From Nitrospiraceae bacterium (GTDB lineage: Bacteria > Nitrospirota > Nitrospiria > Nitrospirales > Nitrospiraceae), in contig JAXLZC010000001.1 in the NCBI GenBank assembly GCA_046351095.1, positions 2,793,574 through 2,857,573 of the forward strand: a DNA stretch of 64,000 nucleotides, given 5' to 3'. The position numbers and the translations under genes were made by a program. Below, one piece after another: positions 28,055 to 37,620 of this stretch. The notes under the pieces are model-generated. The model did no database searches and was not told where the DNA came from. It saw only the letters and a program-made list of their open reading frames with translations. How positions within the stretch are numbered: position 1 is the first letter of the stretch; the number at the start of each line of letters is the position of its first letter.

Positions 28055-28150
28055 CTAGCTCTTGCGACGGAGGAACTTTTGCTTCCTGCGGAGCTTCTTG
28101 TACTTGTGCTTCCGCATTTTTTTCCGCCGCTTCTTCAACACACTGGACAT
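28055..28150 (-). CDS. bS22-like / AURKAIP1-COX24-type small basic protein (31 aa)
   Basis: Absent from the ORF track (shorter than 60 aa). Translation is MSSVLKKRRKKMRKHKYKKLRRKQKFLRRKS. An AGGAG Shine-Dalgarno lies 7 nt upstream. It closely resembles the mycobacterial bS22 pattern MGSVIKKRRKRM.KKKHRKLL. Confidence 0.6.
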   Translation of the reverse strand: MSSVLKKRRKKMRKHKYKKLRRKQKFLRRKS

Positions 28151-28380
28151 AGAGTGCTCCTAACAGAAAGTGAGGCTATCGGTTTTACGCGCCCAAGACA
28201 ATCAATTTAGCAGTCTTTGCACGGGGGTGGCCGAGCAGAGCGGTGCGCGAGAGGTATCGCACAGTGTGTACGGGGTGTCAAGAATGGATCTGGGGATGGA
28301 GTCGTCGGTTAGGCCGGTCAAGCCGGCCGGAGGGCCGCCTTCTTGCTTGACCGGCTGCGGGGCGGTCCATATAGTGCCGC

Positions 28381-28968
28381 ATGCATCAGACCCCCACGCA
28401 CACGATGACACCACTCTTGTTGCATTGGCCGCTGCTCGCAATCCGAAAACTCGTCCCCTGGGGGGTAGTGTTGGCCTGTTTGGTCGGCACGGCCGCCTGT
28501 GCGGGGAAGGGGCCGGTCTATCAGGAAGATCACCAACGGTACGTGGCGATCGATACGACGCTCGAGGGCTTGCGCCGTGCGTATGTCGAGCGGAATCTCG
28601 ACGCGTTCCGCGCCCTGCTGTTGCCGAGCGAGGGACTCGACCGGGTGGAGCGCGAAGTCCTCTCCGATGTCGAGGCGTTTAAACAGATCGGTCTCGACTG
28701 GACGGTGGAGCGTATCTTGATCGACGGCGACATTATCGACGTGTATCTCCATTGGCAAGGCCAGTGGCGACGTGAAGCCGCCGATCCGCCGTTACGCGAG
28801 CGCGGGCAGGGGCGTATGCAGTTCGCCGGTGCGCAGGTTGTGTTGCTCAAATCGGTTGAAGGCAATCTGCCGTTCGGTATGAGCGGCCGCGCCGCCGGGT
28901 TCGAAACACCGTCTACACAATCCTCTCCCTCCGAATCCTCAGCCTCGCCCAGTACGGAGCGTCGGTAA
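28381..28968 (+). CDS. hypothetical lipoprotein
   Basis: Signal peptide plus lipobox (LVGTAAC). No family recognised. Confidence 0.5.
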   Translation: MHQTPTHTMTPLLLHWPLLAIRKLVPWGVVLACLVGTAACAGKGPVYQEDHQRYVAIDTTLEGLRRAYVERNLDAFRALLLPSEGLDRVEREVLSDVEAFKQIGLDWTVERILIDGDIIDVYLHWQGQWRREAADPPLRERGQGRMQFAGAQVVLLKSVEGNLPFGMSGRAAGFETPSTQSSPSESSASPSTERR

Positions 28969-28972
28969 CCGT

Positions 28973-30643
28973 ATGTCGCTTGGGTCCGCTCAACGCCATC
29001 CACAGGAGGCCGACTTTTTGGTCATCGGCAGCGGCGTGGCCGGGTTGCGTGCCGCGCTTGAACTGGCCAAGATCGGCCGCGTGGCGATGGTGACGAAGGG
29101 GCAGCCGTTCGAAAGTAATTCGATGTACGCGCAGGGCGGCGTGGCGGTGGCGCTGAGCGAGGAAGATGACGTCGCGGTGCATTTGCGCGACACGCTTAAG
29201 GCGGGGCATGGACTCTGTCGGCCCGACGCTGTTCGGGTGTTGGTGGAAGAAGGGCCGGCGCGGATTCACGAATTGATCCGCTGGGGCGTGCAATTCGACA
29301 AGGTCGGGAAGGAATTTGCGTTTGCGCGCGAGGCGGCGCACAGCCGCAGCCGCATTTTGCGCGCGCGCGGCGATGCGACCGGCAACGAAATCGTCCGCGT
29401 GTTGATGGCGCAGGCCTATCAGCATGAGCGCATTCAGGCGCTCGACCATTGTTTTACGGTCGATCTTGTCGTGCGCGACGGGCGCTGTACCGGTGTGGTG
29501 GTGCTGGACGAATTGACGGGCGAACGGTCGGTCGTCCCAGCCAAGGCGGTAGTGCTCTCGACCGGCGGCGTCGGCCAGATTTTTGCGCGGACGACGAATC
29601 CTTCCAGCGCGACCGGAGACGGCATGGCTATGGCGTTCCGGGCGGGGGCCGTGCTGGAAGACATGGAGTTTGTGCAGTTTCATCCGACCGCGTTGTATCT
29701 CCCGTCCAGTCCGCCGTTTCTGTTGTCGGAAGCCATTCGCGGCGAAGGCGGGCAGCTCCGCAACATCAAGGGCGAGCTGTTCATGCACCGCTATCACACG
29801 GACGGCGCGTTGGCGCCGCGCGATATCGTGGCGCGAGCGATGTGGTCGGAGATGGCGGCGACCAAGGCGCGGCACGTGTACCTCGATGTCACGCATCTCA
29901 ATCCGGCGTTTGTCCGTCAGCGCTTCCCGACGATTTACGCGACCTGTTTGCGCTACGACATCGACATTACGGAAGAGTGGATTCCGGTGTCGCCAAGCGC
30001 GCATTACATGATGGGTGGCGTGCGCACGGATCGTGATGGCGCGACGAGCGTAGCGGGGTTGTACGCTGCGGGAGAAGTGTCCTGTAGCGGTGTCCATGGC
30101 GCGAATCGATTGGCCAGCAATTCGCTGCTGGAAGGATTGGTATTCGGCGTGCGTGCGGCGGTGGCGGCGGGGAAGTATGCCAATCGGTTACGAGGGACGA
30201 TTCCGACGCCGACGTTGCGCGACCTCGGGATGGAACGGATTGCGCGGTTGGATGACGCCGAGAAACTGCGGAACTCGCTCCGGCGTCTCATGTGGGGGCG
30301 TGTCGGGATCGTCCGTAGCGGCGATTCGTTGGCGAAGGCGGCGGCGCAGCTCGCACGATGGGTCAAGCAGTTGGACGAACCCTACAGCACGCGGAACGAG
30401 TTGGAAGTGAAGAACATGGTGCAGGTGGCCTTCTGTATCGCGGAGGCCTCATTGTGGCGCGAGCATAGTCTGGGCGCGCACTTCCGCGCCGATCATCCGC
30501 AGACGGCGCGTGTCGGGTGGAAACAACATAGCCAGATCGGATGGGAGTTGACGGTGCGCGGTGACGCTTCTGCTCCGGCTGCCGGTATGGCTACACGTGT
30601 GCGAACGCGTAAGCCGACAGGCGCGAAGTCGCGTCGGGCGTAG
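28973..30643 (+). CDS. nadB: L-aspartate oxidase
   Basis: FAD motif DFLVIGSGVAGLRAA, HPTAL, SPSAHYMMGGV and GANRLASNSLLEG motifs. Confidence 0.9.
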   Translation: MSLGSAQRHPQEADFLVIGSGVAGLRAALELAKIGRVAMVTKGQPFESNSMYAQGGVAVALSEEDDVAVHLRDTLKAGHGLCRPDAVRVLVEEGPARIHELIRWGVQFDKVGKEFAFAREAAHSRSRILRARGDATGNEIVRVLMAQAYQHERIQALDHCFTVDLVVRDGRCTGVVVLDELTGERSVVPAKAVVLSTGGVGQIFARTTNPSSATGDGMAMAFRAGAVLEDMEFVQFHPTALYLPSSPPFLLSEAIRGEGGQLRNIKGELFMHRYHTDGALAPRDIVARAMWSEMAATKARHVYLDVTHLNPAFVRQRFPTIYATCLRYDIDITEEWIPVSPSAHYMMGGVRTDRDGATSVAGLYAAGEVSCSGVHGANRLASNSLLEGLVFGVRAAVAAGKYANRLRGTIPTPTLRDLGMERIARLDDAEKLRNSLRRLMWGRVGIVRSGDSLAKAAAQLARWVKQLDEPYSTRNELEVKNMVQVAFCIAEASLWREHSLGAHFRADHPQTARVGWKQHSQIGWELTVRGDASAPAAGMATRVRTRKPTGAKSRRA

Positions 30644-30685
30644 CCTCTTGTGGCGAGGCGCTGCAGGAAAACGTGTAGGTGCGGT

Positions 30686-31360
30686 TCAGCGAATGGATGC
30701 AGACGTGGCGGTGTGACGCCCGGACGGGTTGCTGAGCAAGAAGGTGCGGTAGTAATGCAGGACCTTCTTCACGTACTGACGCGTTTCATCGTAGGGCGGT
30801 AAGGTCTGGTACCGGTCGATCACATGTTCGCCGGCGTTGTATGCGGCGAGCGCCAACGGCAGGTTGCCTTGGAAGCGGTCCAATAAATACCGTAAGTGTT
30901 TTGTCCCGCCTGAAATATTCTGTTCCGGATCGAACGCATCCTCGACATGGTGGAGCTCGGCGGTTTGCGGCATCAGCTGCATGAGCCCGAGTGCGCCGGC
31001 GCGCGACACGGCGCGCGGGTCGTAGTTGGATTCCGTCTTGATGACGGCGCGGACGAGCGCCGGATGTAAGCGCGCAGCCTGCGACGCCTTGGCGATGGCC
31101 GGTTCGAGCTCGCGCGGCGTCAATGTCGCGTGGGGTGTTCCGGCGTAGAGGTCGAGGCGCTTGAATTTCGAGGCGGTCGGTACGTTGGTCAGCGAAATAA
31201 CGCCCTGTTTGTCGACGTACATATAGACGTCGGCGCGTGCCTCGTCGGCGACGGCGGTTGCCGCCATTAGGGCGCCGATCGCCAGTGTGCGGCGAATGAA
31301 CGTCGGGACGACCCAGCGGCGTCCTAGGGGGGTGTCGATATAAAAAGGACAGAGAGCCAT
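30686..31360 (-). CDS. lytic transglycosylase domain protein (SLT family)
   Basis: ESNYDP, GLMQLMPQTA and AAYNAG motifs, plus an N-terminal signal sequence. Confidence 0.8.
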   Translation of the reverse strand: MALCPFYIDTPLGRRWVVPTFIRRTLAIGALMAATAVADEARADVYMYVDKQGVISLTNVPTASKFKRLDLYAGTPHATLTPRELEPAIAKASQAARLHPALVRAVIKTESNYDPRAVSRAGALGLMQLMPQTAELHHVEDAFDPEQNISGGTKHLRYLLDRFQGNLPLALAAYNAGEHVIDRYQTLPPYDETRQYVKKVLHYYRTFLLSNPSGRHTATSASIR

Positions 31361-31479
31361 ACCCTAAAAAGCTATCAGCGGGGGGAGGCACTGTCAAAAG
31401 AAGCCGAAAAACGAGCAGTTGGTGTTGGTTGGAATCAGTCGGTCGGCAATGGCTTCCGGGGAGAGCTCCGGGGACCTCT

Positions 31480-32361
31480 CTAATGAGAAGCCCTGAGGAG
31501 CGTTTGGACGTGCTCACGGAATCGGTTTTGGAGGTCGCGTGTCAGCGGACCAGGCGAGCCGCTGCCGATAGAAGTCCCGTCGAGGGAGCGGACCGGCAGG
31601 ATTTCGGAGCTGGTATTGGTCACGAAACATTCGGATGCCTGCCTCAGTGTTTCGATAGGGAACGGGCCTTGTTCCGTTCTAATACCGGCATCTTGCGCCA
31701 GTCGTAGGACCAATTCGCGTGTCAGGCCGTCCAGGATGCCGCACGAAACGGCCGGTGTGCAGAGGCGGCCGTTCGAGACGAAAAAAATATTGCTGATCGT
31801 ACATTCCGCGAGCTCGCCGCGCGTATTCAACATCACGGCATCGTAGACCTTGGCCGCCAAGGCCTCGCGCTTCGCCAAAATATTATTCAAAAAATTGAGT
31901 GACTTGATCTGTGGGTTCAGCGCTTCGGCCGGATTGCGTCGTGTCTGGGCTGTGATGAGCGTCACGCCTTCCGTGTAGTGCGCTGTCGAAGGGCGCACGA
32001 GCGGTTTCGTCATGATGACGATGGTGGGCGACGGGCAGAGCGCGGGATCGAGGCCGATGTCGCCGGGGCCGCGCGAGACGGTCATGCGAATATAGGCGTC
32101 GCGGTCCGCGGTGCCCACGTCGTTGCGCCGCATGGCCTCCTGCAGAATCGGCAACCAGGACGACGCTTCGCGCGGAATACGTAACCCGATCAATTCCGCC
32201 GAACGATAGAGTCGTGTCAGGTGCTCGTGTGCGAGGAAGATCGTCGCGCCGTAGGAGCGTAACGTTTCATAGACGCCGTCCCCGTAGAGAAAGCCGTGGT
32301 CGAAGACCGAAATCGTGGCCTGTTCCTTCGGGACGAACGTATCGTTCAGATAAATCCACAT
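31480..32361 (-). CDS. class IV aminotransferase (aminodeoxychorismate lyase / branched-chain aminotransferase-like)
   Basis: VFDHGFLYGDGVYETLRSY and a fold-type IV pattern. It lies directly downstream of the pabB-like gene. Confidence 0.75.
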   Translation of the reverse strand: MWIYLNDTFVPKEQATISVFDHGFLYGDGVYETLRSYGATIFLAHEHLTRLYRSAELIGLRIPREASSWLPILQEAMRRNDVGTADRDAYIRMTVSRGPGDIGLDPALCPSPTIVIMTKPLVRPSTAHYTEGVTLITAQTRRNPAEALNPQIKSLNFLNNILAKREALAAKVYDAVMLNTRGELAECTISNIFFVSNGRLCTPAVSCGILDGLTRELVLRLAQDAGIRTEQGPFPIETLRQASECFVTNTSSEILPVRSLDGTSIGSGSPGPLTRDLQNRFREHVQTLLRASH

Positions 32362-32370
32362 CGTGAGTCC

Positions 32371-33888
32371 TTATGCGAGTCCTTCGTAGCTGCGACTGAG
32401 AGCGGAAAAAAATGCCTGCCCCTTGTGCATCGTTTCGTCATATTCCCGCGCGGGATCGGAATCAGCCACGATTCCCGCGCCGACCTGTAGATAGCCTGAG
32501 CTGCCGGTCAACAGCATGGTGCGGATGAGGATATTCCAGTCCATGTCGCCGGTGCGGCTGACATAGCCGAGTGCACCGGTGTAGATCCCGCGGCGCACCG
32601 GTTCGAGTTCGTCGATGATCTGCATGCAACGGACTTTGGGAACCCCGGTGATTGTGCCGCCGGGGAAGACAGCGCGGAGCACATCTGCGCCTGTCCTGTC
32701 GTCGCGTAGCTTCCCCCGCACATTCGACACCAAATGACTGACGTGCGAGTACTGTTCGATGGCGAGAAATTCGTCGACGGCGACAGTGCAGTACTCGCAA
32801 ACGCGACCCAGGTCGTTGCGTTCAAGATCCACAAGCATTACGTGTTCCGCGCGTTCCTTTTCATTCGCCAACAATTCATGTTTGAGCCGATCGTCTTCCC
32901 AGGCACCCGTACCGCGCGGCCTTGTCCCGGCAATCGGCCTGGTGTCGACGAGGCGACCTCGTTGCCGCACGAGGCGCTCCGGCGAACAACTCACGAGCGT
33001 CAGGTCGTCGAACGTCATGAGGCCCGCGAACGGCGAGGGATTGATACGGCGGAGGCGGTCGTACAGCGCCGTGCCGATGTGTGCGTGCGACGGATCGCTG
33101 TGGCCGTCGAGTGCCGTAAGGTCAAAGCTGAATCGGTGCGACAAATTCGCCTGATAGATATCTCCCGCGCGAATGTAATCCTGACAGCGCACGACACGCT
33201 CCATATACGCGGCGCGCGTTTGCCCGGGGAGCGGCGTCATCGCCTGCCAATTAAACGCAGAAAGCGGGGCGATCATTGGCGCCGTGAGCTCGGTGTGCCA
33301 TGCGTGCAGCCGCGACAGCCCTTCTTCGTATAGCGTCGAACGAGCGGTGTTACGAAAGCGCGCGGCCGACGGCGTGAACATCAAATGGACCATTCGGTCG
33401 GCATGGTCGATAGCACCAACCGTTTCGTAGAAAGCGACGTGGAGGTCGGGCACTAGGACGTCGCAGTTTGCGAGGGAAGGTAGGCGTTCGAGTCGGCGCA
33501 CGTAGTCGTAGCTCAAGTATCCGACAGCTCCACCGACAAACGGCGGAAGATGCTTCTGCGGTTCGAGCGCATCCGATGTGACGGTGTCGATCACCGTATC
33601 GAGCGGGTCGGTCGTGAGCGCGGTATGACCCGCATGGCTGGTGAAGATCGCCTGCCCATTCTCGACGCGTATTGTGCCCGATGGGCGGTGACCAAAAAAC
33701 GAGTAGGTAGATTGCCCAAGCGGAGGTCTGCCGGTCTCCAGGAGAAACGCCGGTCCGTCGCTGGTGTCGAGGCGGCCGTAGCACGCGAAGGCGTCCACAT
33801 CCGCTTGCGGGAAGGACAGCACCATGGTCTGAGGTGGCCCCTCGGTATAGCCCTGGCGAGACGGATTGATGGCCGGCTGATTCTTCAC
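32371..33888 (-). CDS. pabB: aminodeoxychorismate/anthranilate synthase component I (chorismate-binding enzyme)
   Basis: SPERLV, FPGGTITGVPKVRCMQIIDELE and RGIYTGALGY motifs. Confidence 0.8.
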   Translation of the reverse strand: MKNQPAINPSRQGYTEGPPQTMVLSFPQADVDAFACYGRLDTSDGPAFLLETGRPPLGQSTYSFFGHRPSGTIRVENGQAIFTSHAGHTALTTDPLDTVIDTVTSDALEPQKHLPPFVGGAVGYLSYDYVRRLERLPSLANCDVLVPDLHVAFYETVGAIDHADRMVHLMFTPSAARFRNTARSTLYEEGLSRLHAWHTELTAPMIAPLSAFNWQAMTPLPGQTRAAYMERVVRCQDYIRAGDIYQANLSHRFSFDLTALDGHSDPSHAHIGTALYDRLRRINPSPFAGLMTFDDLTLVSCSPERLVRQRGRLVDTRPIAGTRPRGTGAWEDDRLKHELLANEKERAEHVMLVDLERNDLGRVCEYCTVAVDEFLAIEQYSHVSHLVSNVRGKLRDDRTGADVLRAVFPGGTITGVPKVRCMQIIDELEPVRRGIYTGALGYVSRTGDMDWNILIRTMLLTGSSGYLQVGAGIVADSDPAREYDETMHKGQAFFSALSRSYEGLA

Positions 33889-34026
33889 GCCCCCATCATA
33901 TCGGGATGGCTTCGGCGGATCTACGTGGTCTGTCGGAGGAGCTGTTGGAATGTCTGACGGTGTGGAAGGACGTGTGAAGCTGCGCGCTCGCTCTCAGGAG
34001 GAGCGAGCGCGCGGTACCTGGTGAAA

Positions 34027-34653
34027 TCAGTATCGTGTCGACTCGACCTCGGAGGTGGATGAGGGCGAGAGCGTCTCTTGTTTCAATCGGCGCTCGGCAG
34101 CCCGATCGGCGAGCTCGGTCATTTTTTTCTTCAGAAACGATTCGCGTTCGTGCGTCGCGGCATCCTGCACCATTTTCAAGGCGCCGGCATCGTCGGTCTC
34201 GACCAAGGCGTGGGCAGCGGCTTCGCGCACGAGCGTGTCCGTCGATTGCAGGTGCGGGGCGATCGTTGAGGTCGCCTTCCCCTTCGACACGCGTGCGAGG
34301 GCGATCAGTCCGCGCCGCAGCAGCGGCTGGTTGGGTTTCGGATCTTTCACTAGGGAGCCCAAAAACGCCTCGACCTTCGGGTCGTTCTGATAATACCCGA
34401 GGTAGGACGTGGCACGCGCGCGATACGCAATATCTTGGTCGGGGTCTTGTGCGATGGCGATGAGATGCGTGGGCACGTCCGGGCCGAACTTTTGTAACTC
34501 TTCGGCGGTGGCGACGTGTTCCTCGGCCGCCAATAGGTTCTGCAAAGATTGTCGTGTGGTCGTCCGTGCGCCTTCCGCGGATGCATTCGAGGCGGCGCAT
34601 CCGTATTGTCCGACCAACATCATGATCGTCAATGCTGTAAGCAACCTGGTCAT
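34027..34653 (-). CDS. HEAT-repeat lipoprotein
   Basis: Lipobox LVGQYGC. Repeated helical units resemble HEAT/PBS-lyase repeats. Confidence 0.55.
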   Translation of the reverse strand: MTRLLTALTIMMLVGQYGCAASNASAEGARTTTRQSLQNLLAAEEHVATAEELQKFGPDVPTHLIAIAQDPDQDIAYRARATSYLGYYQNDPKVEAFLGSLVKDPKPNQPLLRRGLIALARVSKGKATSTIAPHLQSTDTLVREAAAHALVETDDAGALKMVQDAATHERESFLKKKMTELADRAAERRLKQETLSPSSTSEVESTRY

Positions 34654-34686
34654 CGGAGGTTCCTTTCTATCGGCCGCTGTGTGGCC

Positions 34687-35925
34687 TTAGCGCACGAGCG
34701 GATTGCGGACGAGGACGAAGGATTGATTCGCGGAAATCTGGTCGCGTGGGCCCAGCGAATCGGGGCCTTGCGTCCAGAACATCAGATTCCGCGCGCCGCC
34801 GGCGATGCCGCATTCCGTCGGGTCGACGCCTTGGTCGCCGTCGCCGCCGGGAGGGAGATCCACCGTCGCCAAACATTCGGGCGTATCGGGGATGGGATCG
34901 ACGTTCACAAAGTTGGTCGGCGAACTCGGCGTCGAGCCGGTGCGTTCGGTCGCGTGGAAAAGGCCTAAGTAGTGGCCCACCTCGTGCGCCATGGTCCGCC
35001 CGCGTCGAACGAGGTCGCCCGATTGGAGCGAACCGATGCGTGGTGCCACGAGCGAAATGGCGATCCCGGACGATCCGGTGCCTTGCATCCGTGCCGGTCC
35101 CGGAATGCCGCCAGAAATGCCGAGCACACCGGCGATGCCATCAAGCTGAATGTCTTGTACGAAAAAGATGTTCAAGCCGATGTTGGCGTCGTCCGGTGGC
35201 CGCAGCGAAAACAGTTGAGCCTGTTCCTCCGAGCCTTCTAGGACGGCGAACTCGGACGCAGCGTTGTTGGGACAATCGAACGTCAGCGTATTCCCAGGCT
35301 GAATGCCGGCCTGTGCCAGGATGCGACGGAATTCGGTGAGGATCGTCAGGAACCGCTGGTCGGACAAGGCGGTTTGCGCCGAAATGTCTTCGATGCCGCA
35401 GAAGACGAGATTCACGTCCAAGGTGCCGCCGGTGGGGTTCAGTCGGTGGTTCACCACTCCCCACAGTTGCACCGTGGTGTCGGCATTGTGCGGATTACCG
35501 ATTTGGAATTGATACTGACCGTTTTCGAATGTGTAGGTGGTGGTTTGCGGCAGCATGCCGGCCGTCACCGGGAAGGTCGCCTGCTGAAAGAGATTTTTCC
35601 CGATCGGATCCAGATCGTTCGCATCCGCGGTGACAAGCGTTTGTCCGGAAGGGCTTTTTACGTTGGTGATGACGCCGGGACGTTGCGAGTCGTTGGGAAT
35701 GGCCATCAAGAGCAGCGACGACGCGCCCTGCGCAGTGACGGCGATAGGCGTACTCAGCAAGCGCCCCGCTGGGATAGTATAGCTGCCGAGATTTTGTACA
35801 TCGCCGGCCGAAGGCGGCGGCACAATCGCTGTCGGCGCAGGCGCGGGATCGCTCCCTCCGCTACAGGCGGTCAGTGTGGCGGCGACAAGCGACAGGGACA
35901 AGAAGGCATATCGCGTGATCGACAT
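34687..35925 (-). CDS. metzincin-type zinc metalloprotease lipoprotein (M43-like)
   Basis: Trimmed to the ATG at 35925 (MSITRYAFLSLSLVAATLTACSGG, with a lipobox). Zinc motif HEVGHYLGLFH. Confidence 0.6.
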   Translation of the reverse strand: MSITRYAFLSLSLVAATLTACSGGSDPAPAPTAIVPPPSAGDVQNLGSYTIPAGRLLSTPIAVTAQGASSLLLMAIPNDSQRPGVITNVKSPSGQTLVTADANDLDPIGKNLFQQATFPVTAGMLPQTTTYTFENGQYQFQIGNPHNADTTVQLWGVVNHRLNPTGGTLDVNLVFCGIEDISAQTALSDQRFLTILTEFRRILAQAGIQPGNTLTFDCPNNAASEFAVLEGSEEQAQLFSLRPPDDANIGLNIFFVQDIQLDGIAGVLGISGGIPGPARMQGTGSSGIAISLVAPRIGSLQSGDLVRRGRTMAHEVGHYLGLFHATERTGSTPSSPTNFVNVDPIPDTPECLATVDLPPGGDGDQGVDPTECGIAGGARNLMFWTQGPDSLGPRDQISANQSFVLVRNPLVR

Positions 35926-36121
35926 AATGTGGTCCTTGTGGTGCTTAAAATCGACTGTACACATGTCGCATACCGAAAACCGCAGATGCCATACCTCATC
36001 CGTCCTGTAGGCAGGAAGCGGCAGACGTTGCTCGATGTCGCCGCATCCTACCAGACCGACGTGGCGTGATGTCGATGCTATCCGTAGACGACGCGAGGAT
36101 CGGTTCTGCGCCACACATGCC

Positions 36122-36151
36122 TTGACTTTTCTGCATATTTCTTGTTTGAAT
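36122..36151 (+). promoter_or_regulatory. candidate sigma70-type promoter of the atp F0 cluster
   Basis: TTGACT, an 18-nt spacer, then TTGAAT, about 60 nt upstream of the atpZ-like start. Confidence 0.3.
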
Positions 36152-36212
36152 AGCGCGCTTTTTGAGCGATGATTCGCGCCCGATGGGTGTGCGAGCCCTG
36201 TAGAGCCACCCC

Positions 36213-36431
36213 ATGCCCCCCACTTCGGATCCATTGTATGCGGGTCTGGGTCAAGCGCTCCGCATCGGCACTGAGGTGCTCGCTGCGCTGATCGTCGGCG
36301 GTGGGCTTGGATGGGCGCTGGACACCTATGTGCTCCAGTCCGGTCCGTGGGGAATGGTCGGTGGGCTGGTCCTCGGGGTGGTGGCCGGTGTGCGGAATGC
36401 CTACCGTGCCGCAGAACGCTGGAAAGCCTGA
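36213..36431 (+). CDS. AtpZ/AtpI-like small membrane protein of the F0 operon
   Basis: 72 aa with two hydrophobic helices (LAALIVGGGLGWALD; GGLVLGVVAGV). It is the first gene of the atp cluster. Confidence 0.6.
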   Translation: MPPTSDPLYAGLGQALRIGTEVLAALIVGGGLGWALDTYVLQSGPWGMVGGLVLGVVAGVRNAYRAAERWKA

Positions 36432-36464
36432 TCGACGTTCGGTGCGCGCCCCTTACCAGGGCTG

Positions 36465-37235
36465 TTGAAGGAAGGATCTGCGGTGGAAGAAAGTCCGCTT
36501 CATCCGTTCGAATTGCACGAAATCGTGCCGATGTCTCTGTTCGGTCTCGATATCTCGATCAATAAGGCCGTGATCTGGATGTGGATCGTGGTCGGATTGA
36601 TCGCGATTCTTATGATCTCCGCTGCCAAAGCAAAAAGTTTGGTGCCGGGGAAGTTGCAGAGCCTCGCGGAGATGATGGTGGACTTTATCCGCGGCATCAT
36701 CTTGGACACGATGGGGCCGCAGGGCATGAAGTTCTTCCCGTTCATCGCCTCGCTCTTTCTCTTTATCTTGTTCAGTAATTTATTGGGCCTGATACCTGGT
36801 GCGTACACCGTCACCAGCCAACTCATCGTGACCACCGTTTTTGCATTGGTCGTGTATGGCCTGAGTCTGGTGTTGGGCTTCATGCTCCACGGGGGGAAGT
36901 TCCTCGGGATTCTCGTGCCGCCCGGGACGCCGGGCTGGTTGTTGCCGTTGATGATCCCGATCGAGTTGGTCAGCCAGTTAGCGCGACCCGTGTCGTTGGC
37001 CGTTCGTCTTTTTGCGAATATGACCGCGGGGCACGTGATTTTGGGCGTGCTCTTCGGATTGGCGATCAGCGGGGGATTGCTGATCGGCTGGTTGCCCTTT
37101 GCGTTTACCATTGCGATGAACGGCCTCGAGTTGGGTATCGCCTTCATCCAAGCCTATATCTTTACCGTCCTGACCTGTGTGTATCTGGGCGATGCCGTGA
37201 CCTTGCATGGTCACGGCGACGACCACGCCCATTAA
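36465..37235 (+). CDS. atpB: F0F1 ATP synthase subunit a
   Basis: LSLAVRLFANMTAGH motif in a polytopic membrane protein. An alternative GTG start at 36483 follows AAGGAAGGA. Confidence 0.9.
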   Translation: MKEGSAVEESPLHPFELHEIVPMSLFGLDISINKAVIWMWIVVGLIAILMISAAKAKSLVPGKLQSLAEMMVDFIRGIILDTMGPQGMKFFPFIASLFLFILFSNLLGLIPGAYTVTSQLIVTTVFALVVYGLSLVLGFMLHGGKFLGILVPPGTPGWLLPLMIPIELVSQLARPVSLAVRLFANMTAGHVILGVLFGLAISGGLLIGWLPFAFTIAMNGLELGIAFIQAYIFTVLTCVYLGDAVTLHGHGDDHAH

Positions 37236-37284
37236 TCTTGTTATCGACGCAGCGATTGACCGATTAGAAGGAGGAGATGACGAC

Positions 37285-37515
37285 ATGGATTCAGCAGCAG
37301 CCGCATTGTTGGGTATGGGTTTGGCCGCCGCAGGATTTGCCGGAGCCGGCGTGGGGATCGGATATATCTTCGGCAAGATGATCGAAGCGGTCGCCCGCCA
37401 GCCGGAAGCGGAAGGCCGTGTCGGCAAGTATATGTGGATCGGGTTCGCGTTGGTCGAAGCCATCGCGCTCTACGGTCTCGTCATTGCCTTCATCATCATG
37501 GGGCTCCGCAAGTAG
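37285..37515 (+). CDS. atpE: F0F1 ATP synthase subunit c
   Basis: ATG at 37285 follows GAAGGAGG. Contains GAGVGIGYIFG...ARQPE...FALVEAIALYGLVIAF. Confidence 0.9.
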   Translation: MDSAAAALLGMGLAAAGFAGAGVGIGYIFGKMIEAVARQPEAEGRVGKYMWIGFALVEAIALYGLVIAFIIMGLRK

Positions 37516-37553
37516 GTTCGCAGGCGCGCGCCGCGCTCGCTTGTGTCGTTCAT

Positions 37554-37591
37554 GGATGGAAAGTCGTAGCCCGGAGCTGGGCTTTCCATCC
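37554..37591 (+). other. intercistronic stem-loop between atpE and atpF
   Basis: The 10-bp outer stem is ggatggaaag/ctttccatcc, enclosing a CCC/GGG inner stem. Confidence 0.4.
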
Positions 37592-37620
37592 CGTTCTTCA
37601 TCTCAATTTGGGTAACGACG

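Noticed and set aside
34687-36234. Long N-terminal extensions in the maximal ORFs: 34687..36234, 40517..42160, 25735..27642, 3625..5034, 55625..57421, 60689..61867 and 1259..2305.
   Set aside because: The extensions are Arg-rich with no signal or domain. Internal ATG/GTG codons preceded by Shine-Dalgarno sequences give proteins that start with recognisable signal peptides or conserved N-termini. I used the trimmed starts.
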